Assembly: GCF_000025945.1 (NCBI RefSeq)
Contig: NC_006138.1
Location: forward strand, 2,880,001-2,912,000
DNA length: 32,000 bases
Reading direction: 5' to 3'
Source: Desulfotalea psychrophila LSv54
Lineage (GTDB): Bacteria; Desulfobacterota; Desulfobulbia; Desulfobulbales; Desulfocapsaceae
Both the position numbers and the translations under genes were made by a program. Positions 18,945 to 29,546 of this stretch are shown here, piece by piece (positions within the stretch are counted from its first letter, which is position 1; each line of letters opens with the position of its first letter). Under the pieces are notes generated by a model that worked only from the letters and a program-made list of their open reading frames with translations, did no database searches and had not been told where the DNA came from.

Positions 18945-19163
18945 TCACTGTTGCTCTTTTTTCTTCTGAGCCTTCAACCAACCACGGCGCACAAAATATT
19001 GCTGGCCACTATCCTGCCAACGCTCACAACTCTCTTCCAGACCCTTGGTCGGTAATTCGACCAGAGTTGCCCTATCTATCCTGCATTTACCATGGGACGT
19101 ATCTAACAGTCTCAAATACTTACACCGTAAACAATTTTTCTCTATCCTATCTCGATCAAACAT
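18945..19163 (-). CDS. Small four-cysteine protein of unknown function
   Basis: The ORF track start is 19226, but the internal ATG at 19163 (MFDRDRIEKNCLRCKYL...) removes the overlap with bioD. Cys pattern C-x2-C-x12-C-x18-C. Confidence 0.6.
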   Translation of the reverse strand: MFDRDRIEKNCLRCKYLRLLDTSHGKCRIDRATLVELPTKGLEESCERWQDSGQQYFVRRGWLKAQKKKEQQ

Positions 19164-19185
19164 GTCTGCTCCTCTGGATAACGCC

Positions 19186-19857
19186 TTAGAAAATAGCTGA
19201 AAAATCAACCTGACCGATACCGGCATCGGCTACGATATCCACCAGAGGCGCAGAAAAGCCATATTTCTTCATGCTCTCTGCTATTAGCTGGCGAGAATCA
19301 TTGCCAATCTCTCTATCCACTTCACCATAACGATTATAGATCATCCCCGCAAGCGTCCCACCTCTCTGCTGAAGAACTTCGAGCAGACAGAGACTATGAT
19401 GCAGGGAACCCAAGCGCGAACTGGTGACCACAAGTAGGGGAAGCTTATGCGCCAGGACATAATCAAGACTCGAGACCTCTCGAGTTACGGGAGCACAGAG
19501 CCCTCCCGCACCTTCGACCAAAACAGTTTGATAGGAGCGGGCAAGCTGATCAATATTTTCTGAGATAAGGTCGAGATCCATCACCACTCCCTCTTGTGCC
19601 GCAGCCAAATGGGGGGAGCAGGGTTTTTTAAAGACATAGCTACAGGTTCTGCCATCCCTATCTTCGGCAAGGGGATCGATCCCCATGATTTGCCGATGGG
19701 CCAGAATATCCTCACTGATCCCTACGCAACCTGTTTGCACCAGCTTAGAGGTAATCACCGAACGGCCATGCTCGGCAAGCCAGGCAGCCATCAGCCCCGT
19801 ACAAAAAGTTTTACCTATATCCGTGTCTATTCCTGTGACAAAATATACCCCTGCCAT
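19186..19857 (-). CDS. bioD: Dethiobiotin synthetase
   Basis: VTGIDTDIGKTFCTGLMAAW, VEGAGGLCAPVTRE. Confidence 0.94.
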   Translation of the reverse strand: MAGVYFVTGIDTDIGKTFCTGLMAAWLAEHGRSVITSKLVQTGCVGISEDILAHRQIMGIDPLAEDRDGRTCSYVFKKPCSPHLAAAQEGVVMDLDLISENIDQLARSYQTVLVEGAGGLCAPVTREVSSLDYVLAHKLPLLVVTSSRLGSLHHSLCLLEVLQQRGGTLAGMIYNRYGEVDREIGNDSRQLIAESMKKYGFSAPLVDIVADAGIGQVDFSAIF

Positions 19858-19885
19858 TATTTCCAGCCCTCCTCAAAAAAATTAT

Positions 19886-20644
19886 CTATACCCTGGTCGC
19901 TACGACAAAGATATTGCTATAGGTTACAGGCAGTCCCCTCTTACAGCCATAGCGGTCGCGGTAATCACGTTCAAACTGACGCAGGGTTCCCACCGTAAGC
20001 TGTGGCCCGGGAGCAGCACCAACACCCGTTTGACGAATATGCCTGAGAATTGCCCAGACAGATGGGAAGAAGAGCTTGGACTGCCTCTCCTCCAGATGAT
20101 CAATGCGCAGATGGGGCGACAACATATCCGCCAGCTTTACCGGCGAACAGTAATCAAGACCACGCCCCGTCAACTCCCTCACCTCGGCCATGGTACCCTG
20201 ACCGCAGAGGGCAATGGCAAGCCTCCCTCCCGGTAGCAAGCACTCTCCTATTCGGCGAAAAAAACCTTCCAGATCAGTGAACCACTGCAGACAGGAGGAG
20301 GATATACAGAGATCAATATTTTTCGGTAGCACCAGTCTCTCGCCATCACCGGGCAAAGGAATAAGGTGGGCAACGGCCGGCGACACCCGCCTGCTGGCCT
20401 TCTGACAGAGAGCCTCGGAAAGATCGTTGAGATAGAGTGTCTCCGGTGGGCAGACAGAGGTATATTGCTCGGTGAGAATCCCGGTGCCACAGCCTATCTC
20501 CAGCACCCTTGCAGGAAAGGGCCTTCCTCCCTCTGTCACTAACCGAACAAGGTGGTGAGCAGCATCCCTTTGCACCAGAGCCTGTTGATCATAGCTTTCG
20601 GCACTCTCGGCAAAGCAACGTGCAACTTTTTTCTTATCAATCAT
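19886..20644 (-). CDS. bioC: Malonyl-[acyl-carrier protein] O-methyltransferase
   Basis: VARCFAESAESYDQQALVQ N-terminus, VLEIGCGTGILTE SAM motif, position in the bio operon. Confidence 0.9.
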   Translation of the reverse strand: MIDKKKVARCFAESAESYDQQALVQRDAAHHLVRLVTEGGRPFPARVLEIGCGTGILTEQYTSVCPPETLYLNDLSEALCQKASRRVSPAVAHLIPLPGDGERLVLPKNIDLCISSSCLQWFTDLEGFFRRIGECLLPGGRLAIALCGQGTMAEVRELTGRGLDYCSPVKLADMLSPHLRIDHLEERQSKLFFPSVWAILRHIRQTGVGAAPGPQLTVGTLRQFERDYRDRYGCKRGLPVTYSNIFVVATRV

Positions 20645-21333
20645 AGCGTATTTTTTTTATTGGCAGACCTTCGACAAAAATCCAGACAGCCGCCTAAATC
20701 CCGCCACAGATAGAAGGGAAAGTGGGGACCGGGAACAGAAACTATGGGGGTCTGTTGCCAAAACATCTCCTGATTGCGGGCCAGGATAACCATATCAGCC
20801 TTACTGACCAGGGCCATCTGGTAGAGCGAATCTCCCTCGGGCAGAGCAACCACCTCCTGATAAAAGTGGGCCAACTCCTCATGCAGACCAGCCAGATCAC
20901 GCCGAGGCGCATCTGCCATAAAACGGCTCAGCTCCCGGCGACACATCTTCTTATTAAAAAGTTCCAGCACCTGGGGCGAAAAATCATCCACCATCCCCTT
21001 AAAGACCTGAGGATCAATGCCATGCACAGCATCTATCGGGGCCAGGGTGCCATTTATCGCCACAGAAAAGTCCACCTTGGCCAGCAGATCCTCTCTTGCC
21101 GCCAGCAAACGCTGGGCAACCCAAACCCCCATGGACCAAGCAAGGAGATGAAGGGAGGAGTATTCTGCCATGATAGCCAGTATCTCCTCGGACTGCCACG
21201 ACCTATAGTCAAAGACAATGAGCACATCCCGCTCTGGGGGAAGCAGGGAGAGAAAGGGATGCTGGTCCATTCCCCAACCAGCAAAGAGCACCAGCAGAGA
21301 GGAGCTCTCCTCCCTCTTCAAATAAAACCTCAT
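20641..21333 (-). CDS. bioG: Pimeloyl-ACP methyl ester esterase, BioG family (DUF452)
   Basis: LLVLFAGWGMD, VFDYRSW, LLAWSMGVWVAQRLL (nucleophile Ser elbow typical of BioG), overlapping bioC by ATGA. Confidence 0.88.
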   Translation of the reverse strand: MRFYLKREESSSLLVLFAGWGMDQHPFLSLLPPERDVLIVFDYRSWQSEEILAIMAEYSSLHLLAWSMGVWVAQRLLAAREDLLAKVDFSVAINGTLAPIDAVHGIDPQVFKGMVDDFSPQVLELFNKKMCRRELSRFMADAPRRDLAGLHEELAHFYQEVVALPEGDSLYQMALVSKADMVILARNQEMFWQQTPIVSVPGPHFPFYLWRDLGGCLDFCRRSANKKNTL

Positions 21334-22499
21334 AGTATCTCCTGCAGAGCTGGCACAAGCCCCGCCAAATCCTGCCAGCTCATATTGGCTGAGAGGGAGA
21401 TGCGAAACCTTGAGGTATTTACCGGCACCGTTGGCGGTCGTATGGGCAGAAGGAAAAAACCGCGTTCCTCCATGGCCCCGGCCAGGGCAAGAGTCCGGAC
21501 ATCATCTCCTATAATAAGGGGGATAATATTAGTCGCACCGGCGGTGAGAAATCCTGCCTCTTTTATATCCCGACGAAGCCTCGCCGCTATCAGTTGCAGA
21601 TGTGCTCTCTTCTCCCCAAGGGTCAAACTCTGCCTAAAGACAAAGAGATTCCAGGCGATCTGTACAGGTGGTTGAGCGGTGGTGAAGATAAGGGAGCGGC
21701 TGTGATTAAGGAGATAATCTCGAATCTCGGCCAGGCAGACCACATAGGCGCCCACCGAGGCCCAGGCCTTACCAAAGGTCCCGACCAAAATATCCACCTG
21801 AGCAAGTAGACCCAACTCCTCGGCCTTACCAAGCCCTTGGGCACCATAGAGCCCCACGGCATGGGCCTCATCGAGATAGAGATAACAATTAAACTCCTCT
21901 TTCAGGGCGACAAGATGAGCGATATCAGCAACGTCACCATCCATGCTAAAGACAGATTCACTGACAATAAATACCCGGCGATAGTCAGCCCGCATTCGCT
22001 CAAGCAGGGAGCGTAGCTGGCCATAATCACCATGGGCAAAGCGTTTATGGGTGGCACGACAGAGGGTCAGACCATCATGAATGGAGGCGTGGTTCAACTT
22101 ATCCGAGAGAATAAGATCATCCCGACCGGCAAGGGTTGGTAAGATGCCAATATTAGCATGATAGCCGGAATTAAAGAGCAGGGCGGATTCAGCACCATGG
22201 GCCCTGGCAATCTCATCCTCCAGAGTATGAGCCAAGGGGCTGTCACCTGAGAGCAGGCGAGAGGAGGTCGAGGCAAGGCCGTATCTCCCCAAAAATCCCG
22301 CCTCATCCTGAACACCCGCATAGAACCTCTGTTGAAGTGCCACATCAGCGCCAAGGCCCAGATAGTCATTGGAACAGAGGTTCAATAGGCTTCTGCCATT
22401 TTTTTGTACAGAGCAACCAGACTGACGGACAAGGGGGCTGAGAGATCTGAGCCGACCTCTCGCTTCAAGCTGATCGAGTTCTTGACGAAATCCCATCAA
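21330..22499 (-). CDS. bioF: 8-amino-7-oxononanoate synthase
   Basis: NLCSNDYLGLG, LYLDEAHAVGLYGAQGLG, VGTFGKAWASVGAYV PLP-lysine region. Confidence 0.95.
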   Translation of the reverse strand: MMGFRQELDQLEARGRLRSLSPLVRQSGCSVQKNGRSLLNLCSNDYLGLGADVALQQRFYAGVQDEAGFLGRYGLASTSSRLLSGDSPLAHTLEDEIARAHGAESALLFNSGYHANIGILPTLAGRDDLILSDKLNHASIHDGLTLCRATHKRFAHGDYGQLRSLLERMRADYRRVFIVSESVFSMDGDVADIAHLVALKEEFNCYLYLDEAHAVGLYGAQGLGKAEELGLLAQVDILVGTFGKAWASVGAYVVCLAEIRDYLLNHSRSLIFTTAQPPVQIAWNLFVFRQSLTLGEKRAHLQLIAARLRRDIKEAGFLTAGATNIIPLIIGDDVRTLALAGAMEERGFFLLPIRPPTVPVNTSRFRISLSANMSWQDLAGLVPALQEIL

Positions 22500-23803
22500 T
22501 AATCACCCGTGGCCAAAACCTTAAAAACAGCGGCCGTCAAAAAGGCCAACTCCTCTTTACTCATGATATAGGGGGGCATTAGATAGACCAGTCTGCCAAA
22601 GGGACGGACCCAAATTCCCGCCTCGACAAAGGCCGCTTGAATCTGAACCATACCCTGAGAGCTCAGGGGGGCGTGAAGCTCAACAACCCCTATGCCACCC
22701 AAAACCCGCACCTCCGCCACGCAGTCAAGATCCAGACAGGGAGCAAGCCCCTCCTCCAAGCCCTTGGCAAGGCCCTCTACCTGAGTCTGCCAATCGTTTT
22801 CAATAAGAAGCTGCAGGGATGCCTTGGCCACACTACAGGCCAGTGGATTGCCCATAAAGGTAGGGCCATGCATAAAGACACCCGGAGCTGCCGAGGAGAT
22901 AACCCGCCCCACCTCTTCGGTGGCAAGGGTGGCGGCAAAGCTCATGTAACCACCGGTGATGGCCTTACCAAGACAGAGGATATCGGGCTCGATTCCTGCG
23001 TGTTCACAGGCAAAGAGCTTGCCTGTTCGGCCAAAGCCCGTGGCAATTTCATCGGCAATAAGAAGAAGGCCGTATTCATCACAGAGGGCCCTTACCTCGC
23101 GCAGATACTGGGGATGATAAAAATACATCCCCCCTGCCCCCTGAACAATGGGTTCCAGAATAATGGCACAGATATTTTGCTGATTCTCCTCCACCAAGCG
23201 GCGCATCCCGACAAAGTCAGCCGCATCCCAACTGGCAAAAAAGGAGGTTGTGGGACGGTCAGCAAAAAAATACTCGGGAAGGACACCTGCATAGAGACCG
23301 TGCATACCATTTACCGGATCACAGACGGACATACCATGAAAGGTATCACCGTGATAACCACCACGAATGGTGACAAATCTCTTCTTTTGGGGCTGGCCAA
23401 GGGCATGCATATACTGCATGGCCATCTTCATGGCCACCTCAATGGCAACGGAGCCTGAATCGCAATAGAAAATACGGTTGAGGGATTTAGGCACCAGCTG
23501 CAGGAGGATCTTCCCCAGCTCCACCGCCGGTTCATGGGTCAAACCACCGAACATCACATGAGAAACCCGACTCACCTGCTCCACAAGAGCCCTATTGAGA
23601 ACAGGATTATTATAGCCATGAATCGCCGCCCACCATGATGACATGCCATCCACCAATTGCCGACCATCGGTCAAGGTCAGGGTAGAGGATGAGGCGGAGG
23701 CAACCGAATAGACAGGCAGGGGTTCTTCAATGGAGGTATAGGGATGCCAGAGATGGGTCTTATCAAAGTGAAGCAGATCTTGTGCACTCATACTATTTTT
23801 CAC
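22496..23803 (-). CDS. bioA: Adenosylmethionine-8-amino-7-oxononanoate aminotransferase
   Basis: LWHPYTS, GRQLVDGMSSWWAAIHGYNNP, ILCLGKAITGGYMSFAATL. Confidence 0.96.
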   Translation of the reverse strand: MKNSMSAQDLLHFDKTHLWHPYTSIEEPLPVYSVASASSSTLTLTDGRQLVDGMSSWWAAIHGYNNPVLNRALVEQVSRVSHVMFGGLTHEPAVELGKILLQLVPKSLNRIFYCDSGSVAIEVAMKMAMQYMHALGQPQKKRFVTIRGGYHGDTFHGMSVCDPVNGMHGLYAGVLPEYFFADRPTTSFFASWDAADFVGMRRLVEENQQNICAIILEPIVQGAGGMYFYHPQYLREVRALCDEYGLLLIADEIATGFGRTGKLFACEHAGIEPDILCLGKAITGGYMSFAATLATEEVGRVISSAAPGVFMHGPTFMGNPLACSVAKASLQLLIENDWQTQVEGLAKGLEEGLAPCLDLDCVAEVRVLGGIGVVELHAPLSSQGMVQIQAAFVEAGIWVRPFGRLVYLMPPYIMSKEELAFLTAAVFKVLATGDY

Positions 23804-24770
23804 GGGAACCTATGCTAAAGCCAAGATTTAAAAACATATCGATATCTTTTTTAAGGCCATCACCTGAAGTGGTCAGGTAATCACCGACGATGGCACCATT
23901 TGCCCCGGCCAGAAAAAGTTTCTTCTGCTGGCCAGCCAAGAGATTACGTCCACCCGCTGTACGAACAATGGCCCTCGGGTTAATCAGGCGAAAAAGGGCA
24001 AAGGTAATGAGTATTTCTCTCTCCGTCAGGGCTGGCAGATCGGCAAATGGGGTATTGGCAATAGGATTGAGGATATTTAAAGGAATAGAGAGCACCTCCA
24101 GATCACGCAACTCAAAGGCCAGTTCAATTCGTTGTTCCATGCTCTCGCCAAGGCCAATGATACCTCCGGAGCAGACCTCAAGACCTGCCCGACGGGCATG
24201 CTCTATGGTCGCAACCTTATCCTGCCAGGTATGGCTGGTACAGACCTCTGAAAAAAAGCTGGCACTGGTCTCCAAATTACAATGGTAGCGCCTCACGCCC
24301 ATCTCGACGAGCATTTCTGCTGTCTCTGGCTCCAGAAGTCCCATGGAGGCACAGGGAGCAAGGGATGTCTCCTCACCCAATCGCCGATAGATTGAGGCCA
24401 CTTCTCTTAGAAAAGCAGGGCTAACCGCCCGACCCGCCGTTACCAGAGAAAAACGGGAAACACCGTACGCCTCATTTTGTTTGGCAAGCGCCAAGACATA
24501 ATCAGGGTCCACGAGGGCATAGGAGTCAACGCCCGTACTGTAATGGGAGGATTGGGCACAGAATTTACAATCTTCAGAGCATCTGCCCGAGCGGGCATTA
24601 ACAATAGAGCAGAGATCAATACTCTTGCCGTGGTGTAAGCTGCCCACCTGTCGGGCAAGAGCCAACAGACGATCAAGATCAGCTCTTGCACAATGAAGAG
24701 CAAGATCACAGGCCTCGGCAAAGAGGATCTTTCCACCCGATAATACTTTTTTTTCTATCCTGGATATCAC
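23793..24770 (-). CDS. bioB: Biotin synthase
   Basis: Radical-SAM CSEDCKFCAQSSHY. The ORF track places the start at a TTG (24803) inside a terminator hairpin; GTG at 24770 (ISRIEKKVLSGGK...) is more plausible. Confidence 0.95.
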   Translation of the reverse strand: MISRIEKKVLSGGKILFAEACDLALHCARADLDRLLALARQVGSLHHGKSIDLCSIVNARSGRCSEDCKFCAQSSHYSTGVDSYALVDPDYVLALAKQNEAYGVSRFSLVTAGRAVSPAFLREVASIYRRLGEETSLAPCASMGLLEPETAEMLVEMGVRRYHCNLETSASFFSEVCTSHTWQDKVATIEHARRAGLEVCSGGIIGLGESMEQRIELAFELRDLEVLSIPLNILNPIANTPFADLPALTEREILITFALFRLINPRAIVRTAGGRNLLAGQQKKLFLAGANGAIVGDYLTTSGDGLKKDIDMFLNLGFSIGSREK

Positions 24771-24785
24771 GGCTTCACTTATAAG

Positions 24786-24814
24786 GAAAAGGCCCCTATA
24801 CAAGATAAGGGCCT
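24786..24814 (-). terminator. Terminator/attenuator-like hairpin between fabD and bioB
   Basis: Minus strand AGGCCCTTAT CTTGT ATAGGGGCCT TTTCC, 10 pairs with one G-T and a short T tract. Confidence 0.7.
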
Positions 24815-24892
24815 GTCAAAAAATAACATGAACATCTTGCATCTCAGCTTCGAGCCATCTTATCCTGTAACAGCCCATAAGGGCCTGGTTTT

Positions 24893-25897
24893 TTATGCTT
24901 CAAGCTTTGCCAAACATGCCTGAAGGGTCTCAGGGCTATCAACCTGCAGGGATAAAACCTTGACTCCGCGAGGGACAATTTTACGCATCATGCCCTTAAG
25001 AACAGTCTTAGGCCCCACCTCAATAAAGGTATCAACCCCATCGGCAAGCATCTTTTCTATAATCTCACACCAGCGAACCCGAGAGGCAATTTGCGAGGCC
25101 ATCATACCCTTCATGATCTCTCCATCCTTCTCCTCTGCCGCTGAAACATTGAAAAGCACGGGCTGCACCGGAGTGGAAAATTTGATATCCGCCATAAAGG
25201 CAGAAAAATCGGGCACCGCATCGGCAACCAGTGGACTATGATTGCCTGAGCTGACGTTAAGGGCAATAACCTTGCCTCCAGCCTCGACAAGTGCCGGATC
25301 AACGGCATCGAGAGCTGCAACTGTACCGGAAATAACAATCTGTTGCGGAGTGTTGTGATTGGCAACGGTCACACAACCCTCTCCAACATAGGCATCAACA
25401 ATCTGCTCGATTGTACCAATATCAAGACCCAGTACAGCGCGCATCCCACCGGGATGAAGTTGCCCTTCACGATCCATCAAAGCGCCCCGCTTAGCAACAA
25501 GACGCAGGGTCTCTTCGGCACCAAGCACTCCGGCAGCATAGAGGGCTGCATATTCTCCCAGGCTGTGCCCGGCAAAATAGGCCACCTCGGCATCCGCCGG
25601 CAGGGCTGAGCGTAATGCCTGCCAACAAACCATATTGGTAGCGGTAATTGCCGGCTGTAAATTAACAGAACGGGTAAGCTCTTCCATCGGCCCCTCGACA
25701 CAGAGAGCTGTCAGTGGTAATTCACACACATCTTCTGCAAGCGCCATAAGAGCAGCACATTCAGGGTCGTTCTCAATAAAAGCCTGACTCATACCAATAT
25801 ACTGGGAGCCCTGACCGGGAAAAAGTACTGCTATCTTCATACAATTCATCCTCTTAGGAGAAATGGCAGGGTTGTCCTCACCGAAGGGCAAGGACAA
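24893..25897 (-). CDS. fabD: Malonyl CoA-acyl carrier protein transacylase
   Basis: LFPGQGSQYIGM, AGHSLGEYAALYAAG, VSSGNHSPL. Confidence 0.96.
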   Translation of the reverse strand: MSLPFGEDNPAISPKRMNCMKIAVLFPGQGSQYIGMSQAFIENDPECAALMALAEDVCELPLTALCVEGPMEELTRSVNLQPAITATNMVCWQALRSALPADAEVAYFAGHSLGEYAALYAAGVLGAEETLRLVAKRGALMDREGQLHPGGMRAVLGLDIGTIEQIVDAYVGEGCVTVANHNTPQQIVISGTVAALDAVDPALVEAGGKVIALNVSSGNHSPLVADAVPDFSAFMADIKFSTPVQPVLFNVSAAEEKDGEIMKGMMASQIASRVRWCEIIEKMLADGVDTFIEVGPKTVLKGMMRKIVPRGVKVLSLQVDSPETLQACLAKLEA

Positions 25898-25903
25898 CTC
25901 TTC

Positions 25904-26401
25904 CTATTTCTGTTTTTTTTCTTTATTTCCAGCCAACAATGTCATCGTCATATAAAGGACGACACCAACACAAATAGCTGAATCTGCAACATTAAAAGCC
26001 GGCCAATGATAGCCGCCCACATAGACATCCAGAAAATCAACTACATATCCATAGGAGACTCTGTCAATAAGATTACCGAGGGCACCGCCGACAATACAGG
26101 CCAGCCCCACCATATGGAGAAAATGCTCTTTACGCAGGGTATAGGTATAAACCGTCAGACCCAGCACGGCACCCAGACCGATAAAAAGGAAAAAATAGTG
26201 CCGCCAGGGAGAATCCACATCGGCCAACATGCTAAAGGCGGCACCGGTGTTCACCACATAAACCAAATTAAAGAAGTCCGGAATTACCTCCCGAACCTCA
26301 TATAATTGGAAATTGTGAAGAATCCACAATTTTGTCAGCTGGTCACAGACTATGACCAGACAGACAATAAGGATATAAGAGCCAAAGTAAAGAATAGGCA
26401 C
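25904..26401 (-). CDS. lspA: Lipoprotein signal peptidase (signal peptidase II)
   Basis: [48 protein letters not shown]. Confidence 0.96.
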
Positions 26402-26403
26402 GA

Positions 26404-29223
26404 TTAGGCGTCCATCTCAAGGTCCATATCTTCCACAATAGCAAGACATCGGCTACAGAGCTGAGGATGTTCCACACTATCACCAACGGTCGTTGAACGA
26501 ATCCAACAACGATCACACTTAACCCCAGGGGCAAGTTTCACGGAAACGACAAGACCTTCAACCTCTTCACTGACATAGGCAGACTCTTCGGGTGCACCCT
26601 CTATCTCAGACATTGCTGAAACAATAGAGATCTCACGAAGATGTTGCCACTCAGCGTGGATAAACTCACCCAGCTCGCCCTCTCCCTTAACAAGCACCTC
26701 GGCCTCAAGAGAGTGACCGATAACCTTATCACGACGGGCAAGCTCAAGTGCCTTGGTCAACTCAGAACGAATCTTAATAAGTCGCTGCCAACGCGCCTCC
26801 TGCTCTGCATCAAACTGCGGATCGATGGCTACTGGAAAATCGGCAAAGAACACAGACTTCTCAAGAGAATCTTTCTCGCCAAGACTATACAGTGCATTCC
26901 AGGCATCCGCTGCGGTAAAGGAGAGAACGGGACTCATAAGACGAAGGAGGCCGTCGAGAATATCATAGAGCACTGTCTGCGAGGCACGACGGATAGTAGA
27001 ATCAGTTCCCTCCACATAGAGCCTATCCTTAATAATATCAAGATAGAAGGCGCTCATGGTTGTGCCACAGAAATAGTTCAAACTCTGATTAATCGCATGG
27101 AACTCATACTTATCATAGCTTTCGGTGATTTTTGCCCGAAGCTCTTCAAAACGGGCCAAGGCCCAACGATCAAGCTCCGACATCTCACTGACAGCAATAC
27201 GGTCCTTGCTTGGATCGAAATCGTTCAAGTTACCAAGAAAATATCGAATGGTGTTTCTGATCTTTCTGTAGGAATCAGACACCTGCTTCAAGATCTCTTT
27301 AGAGACCTTAACATCATCACGGTAATCTTCACTGGATACCCAGAGACGAAGGATCTCCGCACCGTACTCGTCGATAACTTCCTGAGGGGCAACAACATTA
27401 CCCACGGACTTAGACATCTTCTTGCCCTGACCATCAACCACATATCCATGGGTCAAAACACCCTTAAATGGTGCATAGCCACGGGTTCCGGTGGCGGTGA
27501 TCAGAGAGCTTTGGAACCAACCACGATGCTGATCACTGCCCTCAAGATAGAGGTCAGCAGGAGCGACAAGGTCGTCACGCAATTCACATACGGCGGCAAA
27601 GCTACTTCCTGAATCAAACCATACATCGAGGATATCCTCTTCCTTGATAAAGGTTGCACAACCACAGGTACAGACATGACCCTCTGGAAGAAAATCTTCG
27701 ACGGGATGACTAAACCAGGCATCAGCGCCCTCTTTCAGGAACAACTCATCAATCTTGGCAACCACTTCCTCACTCTTCACAACCTCGCCACAATCCTTAC
27801 AGCTGATTACGGTGAGAGGTACACCCCAAGTACGCTGGCGTGAGAGACACCAATCAGGACGGGATTCCACCATGGAGTGAATACGATTCATGCCCCAGCT
27901 TGGAGTCCAACTTACGCTCTCAATGTTTTTCAGTGCCTTCTTACGCAGGTCATTGTTCTCCATGGAGATAAACCACTGCGGGGTAGCACGATACATAACG
28001 GGTTTTCTGCAACGCCAGCAATGAGGATAGCTGTGGTTAATATCTTTCTTAAAAACAAGCAGGCCACTCTCGGCAAGATCGGCAATAATATCGCTGTTCA
28101 CCTCGGGTACCTGACGACCGGCATAGGGGCCGGCTTCCTTGGTGTAAATGCCGTCTCCATCCACAGGAGAGAGTACTTCGAGACCATAGCGAAGGCCGGT
28201 GGCATAATCATCTGCTCCGTGACCGGGGGCAGTATGGACACAACCGGTACCTGCCTCGGTGGTAACATAATCGGCGAAAACCAAACGAGAATCACGATCC
28301 ATAAAAGGATGACGACAGTTACGGTTTTCAAGCTTTTCTGCGGTGAAGGTTGATTTTATGGAATAGTCTTCAATTCCTACCTCCTGCATAAACTTCTCAA
28401 CAAGATCCTCTGCCAGAACCCATGTCTCCTCGCCTACAGCAACTGCGGCGTATTGAAACTTAGGGTGAAAGGCAACAGCGGTGTTCGACGGCAGGGTCCA
28501 GGGAGTGGTTGTCCAGATAACAACAAAGGTCTTATCACCGGCAAGGGCTGGATCAACATCGGAGAAATCCTCAATAACTGGGAATTTCACATAGATGGAG
28601 GGAGATGTATGGTCATGATACTCTACCTCTGCCTCGGCAAGGGCCGTGGTACAGGTAGAACACCAGTAGACAGGCTTACGATTCCGAACCACAGAACCGG
28701 AGAGCAAGAATTTATTAAACTCCCGAGCAATGGCTGCCTCATAGGAGTAATTAATGGTGAGATAAGGGTCTTCCCAATCACCAAGCACACCAAGACGCTT
28801 AAACTCAGGCTTCTGGGTTTTTATCCATTTATTAGCATACTTACGACAGGCAGCTCGCTTGGCAAGTATCGGGATAGTTTTCTTCTTCTCCTCACCAAGT
28901 TCTTTATCAACATTGTGTTCAATGGGCAGACCGTGACAATCCCAACCCGGAACATAGGGGGCATTAAAGCCGGAAGCTCTTTTGGAACGGAGAATAATAT
29001 CTTTTAAAATCTTATTAAACGCATGGCCAAGATGAATATGTCCATTGGCATATGGAGGACCATCGTGCAAAACAAATAGAGGACGATCCTGGGCCCGCTC
29101 CTGCAACATCTGATAGAGCCCTTCTTTCTCCCATCGTTTTAGGATCATAGGCTCTCTTTGTGCAAGATTAGCCTTCATTTTAAAATTTGTTTTAGGAAGA
29201 TTGAGACTATCCCTATAATCCAT
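26404..29223 (-). CDS. ileS: Isoleucyl-tRNA synthetase
   Basis: [23 protein letters not shown] (HIGH), [10 protein letters not shown] (KMSKS), C-terminal CDRCW/CSRC zinc motif. Preceded by AAGGAG ribosome-binding site. Confidence 0.97.
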
Positions 29224-29300
29224 GTTGTTCTCCTTAGATTACTACGCTTTTAGCCACACTTATGGTCTTAAAAGAGCATATAATGATTATTAGTCTTATT

Positions 29301-29322
29301 GCCTTATAAAATTTTATAAGGC
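29301..29322. repeat. Perfect 22-bp palindrome in the ileS-ftsE divergent intergenic region
   Basis: GCCTTATAAAATTTTATAAGGC. Confidence 0.9.
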
Positions 29323-29517
29323 CAATCCTACAAAGATACCAATCTCAGCACCAGTTGGAAAGGATAAATGGAACACTATTCCATGATTTTTTTTAAATCT
29401 CATTTCATACAGTAAAAACCAGAGAAAGACAATATCCTAGCCCGGGGCCAAAATATAATTCAGACCTGTTTTTTTTTAGACCGGAACGTCCCTATCCAGA
29501 AAAACAGGCACATTATT

Positions 29518-29546
29518 TTGACAGGGCCATTTGATTTTACTACAAT
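29518..29546 (+). promoter_or_regulatory. Candidate sigma-70 promoter for ftsEX
   Basis: TTGACA (29518-29523), 17-nt spacer, TACAAT (29541-29546). Confidence 0.75.

Noticed and set aside
20722-21675. 317-aa plus-strand ORF opposite bioG/bioF
   Set aside because: Antisense of two recognised genes, no domain signature.
22637-23458. 273-aa plus-strand ORF opposite bioA
   Set aside because: Antisense shadow of bioA.
26641-27612. 323-aa plus-strand ORF opposite ileS
   Set aside because: Antisense shadow of ileS; several similar ones occur along the gene.
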